From contig JBDGXC010000005.1 in the NCBI GenBank assembly GCA_039584815.1, positions 30,633 to 94,632 on the forward strand: a stretch of DNA of 64,000 bases, written 5' to 3'. Within the stretch, counting starts at the first letter, position 1; each line of letters opens with the position of its first letter. The translations under genes were made by a program, and so were the position numbers. The DNA is from Gemmatimonadota bacterium. Lineage in GTDB: Bacteria > Gemmatimonadota > Gemmatimonadetes > Palauibacterales > Palauibacteraceae. The notes under the pieces are model-generated. The model did not search any database. It was given only the letters and a program-made list of their open reading frames with translations, and was not told the DNA's origin. Positions 10,289-17,739 of this stretch are shown here, piece after piece.

Positions 10289-10324
10289 AAACAAAAGAAA
10301 GCCCGCTCGGATTGCCGAGCGGGC
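10289..10324 (-). terminator. intrinsic terminator in the 5' leader of the CM-PDT-ACT-DAHPS gene
   Basis: Minus strand GCCCGCTCGG, loop CAAT, CCGAGCGGGC (10-bp stem, 10324..10301), followed by TTTCTTTTGTTT (10300..10289), 6 nt before ATG 10283. Confidence 0.7.
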
Positions 10325-10352
10325 CGTGCGCCAACCGATTCGACGATGCGGT

Positions 10353-10445
10353 CTACGCGCGCGATCTCCCGCCCGGGTCGAGCCGGGTAAAGGCAGCAAA
10401 GCCGCCGAGCCGGGAGCACGCGCCGTACGCCAACATATGAACCAT
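10353..10445 (-). CDS. candidate 30-codon leader ORF MVHMLAYGACSRLGGFAAFTRLDPGGRSRA (speculative)
   Basis: Last 30 codons of track ORF 10353..10610. Lies between the divergent promoter region and the leader terminator. Two TTT Phe codons and one Tyr. No SD and no clear promoter seen. Confidence 0.3.
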   Translation of the reverse strand: MVHMLAYGACSRLGGFAAFTRLDPGGRSRA

Positions 10446-10578
10446 GAGTAGCACGTGGTCGGGTAGCAGGGAAGGGTGGGGGGCCGACGGCGCTGTTCCG
10501 GCGTCGCTTTCCCCGATCGGGCGATCGCTATAGCGTCGCTCGAGTCCAAGTCCGTCACACACTGACCGGAGACCCGGA

Positions 10579-12084
10579 ATGAACATCCGCTCCACCCTGC
10601 TCGCCGGCACGCTCGTGATCTCCGCGGGGGCGTGCGCGGACCGGGCGAGCGTGGGCGTCCCGGCAGTCGATCGGTTCGCCGGCAGGCTCGAAGCGTGTTC
10701 CTGGCCCGGCTATGAGGGAGACGTGTTGTGCGGCACGCTCCACGTGCCCGAGGACCGCTCTGCGACAGGCGGTCGGACGGTCGGCCTCCGGGTCCTGGTT
10801 CTTCCGGCCACCGGCGAGCAGAAGGCGATCGCCGACGCGGTCACGTTCCTGGCCGGCGGCGGCGTGGCCCCGGCCACCCGGTATCTTCCGTTCTTCGCGA
10901 GGACCCTCGGCCGCCTGCGCCGCTCGCGCGACATCGTCCTGGTGGACCAGCGAGGGACAGGCGCCTCCAACCCTCTGCGGTGCGAGCTTCCGGAGCCGCA
11001 CCAGGTGGAAGGTGGCGAGTCGCGCGGCGATGTCTTTCGGGTCGCGTATCTGGAAGCTCTCGGCCGGTGCCGGGAGGAGATCGAGGGCGTGGCCGATCCT
11101 ACGCTCTACACGACGTCCCACGCGGCGGATGACCTGGACGCGGTGCGCGAGTGGCTCGGATACGAGCGCCTGAGTCTGTGGGGCGCATCGTATGGAACCA
11201 AGGCGGCGCGCGTGTACATGCGGCGTCATCCCACCCGGGTGCGGGCCGCCGTCCTGCACGGGGTCGTTCCGATCACGTTCTCCATGTGGCCGGACCTGTT
11301 CCCGGCTGCCGATTCGGCGCTCGGCGCGTTGTTCGCGTTGTGCGAGGCCGATGTCGTCTGCGCAGAAACGTATCCGGATCTCGACGCACTGTTCGTCGAC
11401 CTGATGGCACGCCTCGAGTCAGATCCCGTCCGGCTCCGCGTTCCCCTGGCGGATTCCGAGCCGGATTCGGTCTTCGTGCGGTTCGACCATCGCTCCCTCG
11501 TCGGCCTCGTCGTCGCGACGCTGCGGTCCAGTCGAGCCGCCCGCGGCCTGCCGCTCCTGATCGACCGCCTCTCCCATGGCGACTTTACGTATGTGGCCGG
11601 CATGCTCAGGCCCGGGGGCCCGCAGCCCATACCGCGCGGCGTGTACCTGTCGATCACCTGCGCGGAGGAGCTGCCGCGCCTCACCGCGGAAGACCGTGCG
11701 CGTGCGCACGGGTCGGCCCGACTGGGAGCAGGGGAGTGGCTCGACGACGAGGATCGCGAATGCGCCGTGTGGGGAGCCGGGGCCGTGCCGATCGGTTTCT
11801 GGGACCCGGTCGGATCCGACGCGCCGGTCCTCCTCGTGACGGGGTCGGAGGACTACATCACTCCTCCCGCCTATGCCGAGAGCGTGGCGGCCAGCCTGTC
11901 CGCGGCGACCCTCCGCGTGGTCCCGCAGCGAGGTCACGACGACATCGACCCGTGCGTCTCGGCCCTCATCGAAGAGTTCCTGATCCAGGGCCACGATACC
12001 GATCCCGACCTGGCGTGTCCGGAGGACCGGGATCCTCTGCCCTTCGAGCTGCCGCCGTCGTCTCCGCCCCGGACGGGGGAATAG
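10579..12084 (+). CDS. secreted alpha/beta hydrolase, S33 / tripeptidyl-aminopeptidase-like
   Basis: 501 aa. Lipobox-like LVISAGAC, VDQRGTGASNPL nucleophile-elbow context, C-terminal TAP-like part with GHDD. Confidence 0.8.
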   Translation: MNIRSTLLAGTLVISAGACADRASVGVPAVDRFAGRLEACSWPGYEGDVLCGTLHVPEDRSATGGRTVGLRVLVLPATGEQKAIADAVTFLAGGGVAPATRYLPFFARTLGRLRRSRDIVLVDQRGTGASNPLRCELPEPHQVEGGESRGDVFRVAYLEALGRCREEIEGVADPTLYTTSHAADDLDAVREWLGYERLSLWGASYGTKAARVYMRRHPTRVRAAVLHGVVPITFSMWPDLFPAADSALGALFALCEADVVCAETYPDLDALFVDLMARLESDPVRLRVPLADSEPDSVFVRFDHRSLVGLVVATLRSSRAARGLPLLIDRLSHGDFTYVAGMLRPGGPQPIPRGVYLSITCAEELPRLTAEDRARAHGSARLGAGEWLDDEDRECAVWGAGAVPIGFWDPVGSDAPVLLVTGSEDYITPPAYAESVAASLSAATLRVVPQRGHDDIDPCVSALIEEFLIQGHDTDPDLACPEDRDPLPFELPPSSPPRTGE

Positions 12085-12093
12085 GCCGAGCTG

Positions 12094-13017
12094 CTACGGC
12101 TGCTCGTTGGAATCGTAGCCGAGCAGGAAGACGAGGAAGCGCGACACGGCGATCATGTCCGCGCCGCGATACCGGATCGTGCGCGAATCGACCCGCTCGA
12201 CGATCTCGAGGTACTCGAGCGCCTCCACCGGCCGGTAGTGCTTGAAGCTGACCTCGAGCTCCACCGGCCCCCCCAGGTCCCACGGTCGGAAATCGCGAAT
12301 CCGGCCCACGGCACGGGCAGCGGCCTCCTCGATCAGTCGGTAGGCCGCGGCCGGCATCATGGTCTCGGCCGAGTGGAATCCGTACGCCTCCTTTACGATG
12401 GCCGTTTCCACCTCTCCGAGCAGAACCGTCGCTTCCTCGGCGATCGCATCGTCGCCCGAGATCATGATCACGGGAACGTCGAACACCCCGGCCACCGCCG
12501 CGTTGAGTCCGGCTTCCGGCACGGGCACCCCGTTCAGCCTCACGGACGTGAGCCGGGCGCTCGACATCGTGTGGGCGCGCACTCCGAGCGAGTTGTCGGT
12601 GCTGGCGTGATACCCGATGAAGATCGCCCCGTCGAACGTCCCGTCGATTCCCGCCATCATGCCGAGCGGGCGGGGCCACGAACGAATCACACGGACGTCC
12701 TCGGGGAGCTCATCGAGGAGTAGATTCTGGCCGTTCCCGTGCGAGTCGCTGACCAGGATCTCCGTCGCCCCACTCGCCCGTGCACCCCTGATGGCCGCCT
12801 TCACCTCCTCCGTCATCCAGCGCCGCGCTCGCTCGTATTCGAAACCCGAGGGACCGAGCTGTTCGCCCGTAACGGTTCCGACGACACCTTCCATGTCGGC
12901 CGAGATGTAGATCTTGAGCCCCTCCTGTCCGGCCACAGAACGTGGCGCGAGACACACCGCCGCGATCGACACGACGATGGCGAGGATTCCGCGTCGCGCG
13001 GAGCGGGCGTGGGCCAT
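12094..13017 (-). CDS. M55 family D-aminopeptidase (DppA-like)
   Basis: Start chosen at MAHARSARRGILAIVVSIAAV (signal-like). KIYISADMEGVVG and VSDSHGNGQN motifs typical of DppA/M55. Confidence 0.85.
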   Translation of the reverse strand: MAHARSARRGILAIVVSIAAVCLAPRSVAGQEGLKIYISADMEGVVGTVTGEQLGPSGFEYERARRWMTEEVKAAIRGARASGATEILVSDSHGNGQNLLLDELPEDVRVIRSWPRPLGMMAGIDGTFDGAIFIGYHASTDNSLGVRAHTMSSARLTSVRLNGVPVPEAGLNAAVAGVFDVPVIMISGDDAIAEEATVLLGEVETAIVKEAYGFHSAETMMPAAAYRLIEEAAARAVGRIRDFRPWDLGGPVELEVSFKHYRPVEALEYLEIVERVDSRTIRYRGADMIAVSRFLVFLLGYDSNEQP

Positions 13018-13199
13018 CACGGGATCACCTCCGGCTGAGATCGACGGTCCGGGAGCGGAGCCTCCCGATCGGCACAAGCCTAGCCCCGTCATAGATTCCC
13101 CGCCATTGTGCCGCGGGCCCGCGGGCGGGCTCCGCGAGGAACGCACGTGAGCTTACCCGGCAGACGCGCGCCGTGGGTCGCGGCGAGTCAGGAGGAGAC

Positions 13200-13544
13200 A
13201 TGAGCGACGGCGGGACGACCGTTCTCGAGGTGGCCGGACTGCTCGAGTATCAGGAGGGCTCGATCGTGAGCCGGCAGGTCATGAAGGGGCCGGGCGGGTC
13301 GGTGACGGCGTTCGCGTTCGCCGCGGGCGAGGGGCTCAGCGAGCACACGACGCCCCACGAGGCCTTGATCCAGGTGGTCGACGGTTCGGCCGTGATCGAG
13401 GTCGGAGGAGAGGCGCACGACGTGGACGCCGGCGAGCTGATTCGGCTGCCGGCGGGCGTTCCGCACGCGGTTCAGGCGCGCCGGCGCTTCAAGATGATCC
13501 TCACCATGATCCGAACGATCGGACCGCAGGCCGCGCAGACCTGA
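13200..13544 (+). CDS. cupin domain protein
   Basis: AGGAGG 6 nt upstream of ATG 13200. GLSEHTTPHEALIQVVDG ... GELIRLPAGVPHAV two-motif cupin pattern. Confidence 0.75.
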   Translation: MSDGGTTVLEVAGLLEYQEGSIVSRQVMKGPGGSVTAFAFAAGEGLSEHTTPHEALIQVVDGSAVIEVGGEAHDVDAGELIRLPAGVPHAVQARRRFKMILTMIRTIGPQAAQT

Positions 13545-13634
13545 GTTTCGCGCCGCGTCGCTGGAGCCCACATTGTGGCCCGACTCGACGGGCGAGAGCC
13601 CTGGTGACCGTCCCGAACGACAGGAAGACGAACC

Positions 13635-15302
13635 ATGCGCCACCTTCTCATGACGGGGCTTCTGGCGGCCATGACGCTGGTGGCCTGCGACGCGGGGGAC
13701 GGCTTCGAGCAAGCTTCCATCTCGATCTCAGCCGATCGCCTGGCCGAGGGAGTGCGAGACCTGGCTGCCGACTCGATGGAAGGGCGGGGACCGTCTTCCT
13801 GGGGTGAGGAGCGCACTGTGCGCTACCTGCAGGGTCGGTTCGAGGCACTGGGACTGGACCCCGGGAACGGCGACAGCTGGGTACAGGAAGTGCCCCTCGT
13901 GTCGTTGACGGCCGACCCCGACATGGGAGCCGTGATCCGGGGTCGCGGGACGGTGAACCGACTGCAGTTCGGGACGGACTACGTCGCGGTCACCGAGCAC
14001 GTCGTGGAGGCCGTCACCCTGGACGACTCACCGCTCGTGTTCGTCGGGTTCGGGATCGTGGCCCCGGAGTACGGGTGGAACGATTACGCCGGGGTTGATG
14101 TCACGGGGAAGACGGCCGTCGTCCTGGTCAACGACCCGGGGTACGCCACCGGCGACCCGGACTTGTTCAACGGGCGCGCGATGACCTACTACGGTCGCTG
14201 GACCTACAAGTACGAGGAGGCGGCGCGGCAGGGCGCGGCCGGCGTTCTCGTGGTCCACCAGACCGGTCCGGCCGGTTACCCGTGGGGGGTGGTCGAGACG
14301 GGGTGGTCGGGCCCGCAGTTCCTGCTCGCCGAACGGGGCGACGATCCCCTCACGAGGGTCGAAGGCTGGATCTCAGAGGAGACGGCCCGCACCGTGTTCG
14401 CCCAGGCCCGCCTCGACTTCGACGTTCGGGCCGAGCAGGCGACCGCGCCCGGCTTCGCGCCGTACGAGATGGGACTGACCCTCTCTCTGGAGCTGCGCAA
14501 CGCTATCGACCGCTCGACGTCGCGCAACGTTCTCGCCCGGCTTACGGGATCCGAGCGACCCGACGAAGTCATCGTGTACACCGCGCACTGGGATCATCTG
14601 GGAGTGGACCCGCAGGCCGTGGGGGACGGGATCTACAACGGCGCGCTCGACAACGCCACAGGAACGGCTGGCCTCCTGGAGATGGCTGGCGCGTTCGCCT
14701 CGCTGACACGTCCGCCGGCGCGCTCGATCGTGTTCATGGCGGTGACGGCCGAGGAGCAGGGGCTCCTGGGCACGGCACACTACGCTGCTCACCCGGTGTA
14801 TCCTCTGGAGCGGACCGTGGGGGCGATCAACATGGACGGTCTCAACATCTGGGGGCCGACGTCGGACATCACCGTCGTCGGCTTCGGGATGTCAGAGATG
14901 GATGATGTCCTGCGGATCCCTGCCGAAGCCGCCGGGCGCACGCTGGCCCCCGACCCGGAGCCCGAGAAGGGGTCCTACTATCGATCCGACCACTTCGAGC
15001 TCGCGAAGCGCGGAGTGCCGGCGCTGTACGCCGACGCGGGTGTCCAGGACATCGAGCACGGCGAGGAATGGGCGCGGCAGCGGCGCGAGGAATACACGAG
15101 CGAGAACTACCACGAGCCGTCGGACGAGTACGATCCGTCCTGGAATCTGCAAGGGGCCGTGGAGGATCTACGGCTCCTGTTTGCGGTCGGCCACGCGCTG
15201 GCGACGGGGGAGGCGTGGCCGAACTGGCGCCCGGGAACGGAATTCCGGGCGGCGCGTGATGCGATGATGGGCCGCCCCGGCGACACCGCGGCGGAGGAGT
15301 GA
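13635..15302 (+). CDS. M28 family metallopeptidase with PA domain
   Basis: 555 aa. Lipoprotein-like LAAMTLVAC, HWDHLG, GALDNATGTA, TAEEQGLLG, YHEPSD. Confidence 0.85.
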   Translation: MRHLLMTGLLAAMTLVACDAGDGFEQASISISADRLAEGVRDLAADSMEGRGPSSWGEERTVRYLQGRFEALGLDPGNGDSWVQEVPLVSLTADPDMGAVIRGRGTVNRLQFGTDYVAVTEHVVEAVTLDDSPLVFVGFGIVAPEYGWNDYAGVDVTGKTAVVLVNDPGYATGDPDLFNGRAMTYYGRWTYKYEEAARQGAAGVLVVHQTGPAGYPWGVVETGWSGPQFLLAERGDDPLTRVEGWISEETARTVFAQARLDFDVRAEQATAPGFAPYEMGLTLSLELRNAIDRSTSRNVLARLTGSERPDEVIVYTAHWDHLGVDPQAVGDGIYNGALDNATGTAGLLEMAGAFASLTRPPARSIVFMAVTAEEQGLLGTAHYAAHPVYPLERTVGAINMDGLNIWGPTSDITVVGFGMSEMDDVLRIPAEAAGRTLAPDPEPEKGSYYRSDHFELAKRGVPALYADAGVQDIEHGEEWARQRREEYTSENYHEPSDEYDPSWNLQGAVEDLRLLFAVGHALATGEAWPNWRPGTEFRAARDAMMGRPGDTAAEE

Positions 15303-15328
15303 GCGAGACCCGGGCCGGGTGCCGCGTG

Positions 15329-16108
15329 TCAGGGATCCAGCCATAGCTTGAGTGCGAAGACGAGGATCATCACCAGCACCACCCGCTTCACCCAGGCGTG
15401 TCCCTTGAGCACCGTGAGGTGCGTTCCGAGCAGGCCACCGAGGAGGTTGCCGGCGGCGAGTGCCGTTCCCATTCCCCAGTCCACCATGCCAGTCGCGGCG
15501 AACAGGGCCAGGGCCACCGGCGTGAACACGAGCACGACGAGGACCTTCAGAGCGTTTCCGCGCACGAGGTCGAGGCCGGCGAGCGTCGCGATCGAGAGGA
15601 TGAAGAATCCCACCCCCGCCTGCACGAAGCCGCCGTACACCCCGACGCCCACGAAAGCGAGAGAGAAGGCCGTTCCGGACATACCGGGTCCGCCGTCCCG
15701 CGACGCGCTCCCGCCGACCGTCGCGCCCGCCCGCAGACGATAGCGAATCGGGTCCAGCAGGATGACGATCGCGAACACCACCATCAGGGTGGCCAGGATG
15801 CGCTGAAACGACGCGTCGTCGATGCGAATGGCGGCCCACGAGCCGAGCCCGACGCCCACCAGGGCGGGGAGGGCGGCGCGGCGCACCCAGGTCCGATCCA
15901 CTTTTCCGTGCCTTCGAAAGCTCCACACGGCCCCCATGTTCTGCGCCAGTATGGCCACGCGGTTGGTGCCGTTGGCGACGGTGGATGGCAGACCCAGGAA
16001 GATGAGCAGCGGCAGGGTGAGGAAGGATCCGCCGCCTGCGAGCACGTTGGCCGTCCCGGCAACGGCCCCGGCTCCGAACAGCAGCAGGTACGGAACGGCT
16101 CCACTCAC
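15329..16108 (-). CDS. TauE/SafE (TSUP) family anion exporter
   Basis: 259 aa, polytopic, two homologous halves with GGGSFLTLPLL-type motif. GTG start overlaps the upstream stop (GTGA 16105..16108). Confidence 0.85.
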   Translation of the reverse strand: MSGAVPYLLLFGAGAVAGTANVLAGGGSFLTLPLLIFLGLPSTVANGTNRVAILAQNMGAVWSFRRHGKVDRTWVRRAALPALVGVGLGSWAAIRIDDASFQRILATLMVVFAIVILLDPIRYRLRAGATVGGSASRDGGPGMSGTAFSLAFVGVGVYGGFVQAGVGFFILSIATLAGLDLVRGNALKVLVVLVFTPVALALFAATGMVDWGMGTALAAGNLLGGLLGTHLTVLKGHAWVKRVVLVMILVFALKLWLDP

Positions 16109-17673
16109 CGGCCGCGCGACTGCCTAAGCTCGCGCTCCTCGAGCATCAGGCTGAACGTCACGTAGTATTTCATGACGTTGCTCACGTAGCGCACCGTCTC
16201 GCTGCCCAGCTCGCGGGCCGCCAGCACCTCCACATTGTCGAACCACACGTCGGGATCGAGCCCCGCCTCGCCGGCCCGCCGCCGGAGGTTGCGGACGCGG
16301 ATCGGGCCGGCGTTGTATCCGGCGATGGCGAACGTCTGCCGGTGCATGAGGTCCAGGTCCGGGTCGGCGAAGTAGTGGTCGATCAGATGCCTCAGGTAGG
16401 CGGCGCCGGCGTGTATGTTGCCCTCCGTAGTGGAGATGTCGGCCACTCCCACCTCGTCGGCCGCGATCTGCTTGATCTGCATGATCCCGACGGCGCCGCG
16501 GTCGCTGACCGCGTCCGTCTCGAACCGGGATTCCTGGAACGCCTGCGCGGCGACCAGCACCCAGTCCAGGTCGTATCGTGCGGCGTACGTCTTGAACAGC
16601 TCGCTCAGGTTGGTCAGCGCGCGTTCGTTCTCGAAGTGGTAGGCCCGCCGGACTCGGGTCGTGTCCTCGGTATACCGCCGGATCAGGATATTGCCGGTCA
16701 GCGTGCCCTTTCGCCTCTGACGCACGAAGTCGTTCAGAGCGTCCCGCAGCACCGGGCTTCCCTTGCGGAACGCCCAGCCGATGGCTCCGTCGGTGCGCAC
16801 CGCGAGGTGAGGGTGGAGCGTGAGAGCCGGGTAGACCTGCGACCAGAACTCGGCCTGGTATCCGTCCACGACCGTGGCCGGGAGGTTGCCCGCGTTGACC
16901 ATCTCCAGCAGGTCCGAGTCGCTCAGAACCTCGTCGGCGACGATCAGGTCGAGGGGAAGGCGATTCTCGGCGCGCAGGCGCGAGTCCAGCGTCTGGAGGC
17001 TCTCCCAGTAGCTGCTCGACGTGCGCACGTGAAGCTCCAGCTCGCCCAGGTATTCCAGGCGACCCGGTACTGCGTCCACGCCGAATCCCGTCACCACGAT
17101 CTCCGACACGCCGGTCGCCAGGGGATCCGTAAAATCCACGTGCTCCAGGCGCTCGGGAGTGATCGTGAGACCTGCCGCGGCGATGTCGCCCCGTCCCTCT
17201 TCCAGGAACGGGATGAGGAGGTCCCGTGTCACAGGCAGAATCACGACGTTCAGCTTCAACCGGTGCCGGTCGAGCCTCTCGTTGAGAAACGTCTCGAGCT
17301 CAGCTGCCGCTTCCGCGATCAGCCCGACCTGCCGCCGGCCATCGAACCCCAGATACTGCGGTTCGTAGACCGTGAGAAATCGGAGCACCCTCCGCTGTGC
17401 CATCGCTGGCAGGTCTCCCGTCCACGGGTCCATCGTGGCACGGATGGTCTGTGGCAGGCTGTCGATCGCGGTCAGGAGAGTGGGCAGGGAGGAAGCGGAC
17501 GCGCCGGACGAGACGGAATCCGCTGCTGCTCCGCTCGGCTGTCCCGTCTCGACGGGCGGGCGCCTCGTCGCCTCGCCGGCCGTGTCGCCGCACCCGACGC
17601 ACAGGACACCGAGGACGAGAGCCGCGCTCCCGCCGGCCGGTCGCGCGGCTTCCATCCTGGTCGTTGTTGACAT
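16105..17673 (-). CDS. MltF-like lytic transglycosylase (solute-binding-like domain plus SLT domain)
   Basis: ATG 17673, MSTTTRMEAARPAGGSAALVLGVLCVGC lipobox. C-terminal SLT motif ESRFETDAVSDRGAVGIMQI ... AGYNAGP. Only the last 522 codons of the 1319-aa track ORF are used. Confidence 0.85.
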   Translation of the reverse strand: MSTTTRMEAARPAGGSAALVLGVLCVGCGDTAGEATRRPPVETGQPSGAAADSVSSGASASSLPTLLTAIDSLPQTIRATMDPWTGDLPAMAQRRVLRFLTVYEPQYLGFDGRRQVGLIAEAAAELETFLNERLDRHRLKLNVVILPVTRDLLIPFLEEGRGDIAAAGLTITPERLEHVDFTDPLATGVSEIVVTGFGVDAVPGRLEYLGELELHVRTSSSYWESLQTLDSRLRAENRLPLDLIVADEVLSDSDLLEMVNAGNLPATVVDGYQAEFWSQVYPALTLHPHLAVRTDGAIGWAFRKGSPVLRDALNDFVRQRRKGTLTGNILIRRYTEDTTRVRRAYHFENERALTNLSELFKTYAARYDLDWVLVAAQAFQESRFETDAVSDRGAVGIMQIKQIAADEVGVADISTTEGNIHAGAAYLRHLIDHYFADPDLDLMHRQTFAIAGYNAGPIRVRNLRRRAGEAGLDPDVWFDNVEVLAARELGSETVRYVSNVMKYYVTFSLMLEERELRQSRGR

Positions 17674-17739
17674 CGCACCTCGCCGGGCTTGCGTACGCTC
17701 CCGTCCTCCCGGGATCTTGCAGCCGCGTGAGCTGGTAAG

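Noticed and set aside
10446-10610. Upstream 55 codons of track ORF 10353..10610 (85 aa) as a real protein
   Set aside because: It overlaps the start of the divergent hydrolase gene (10579) and has junk-like composition. Only the last 30 codons were kept, as a speculative leader ORF.
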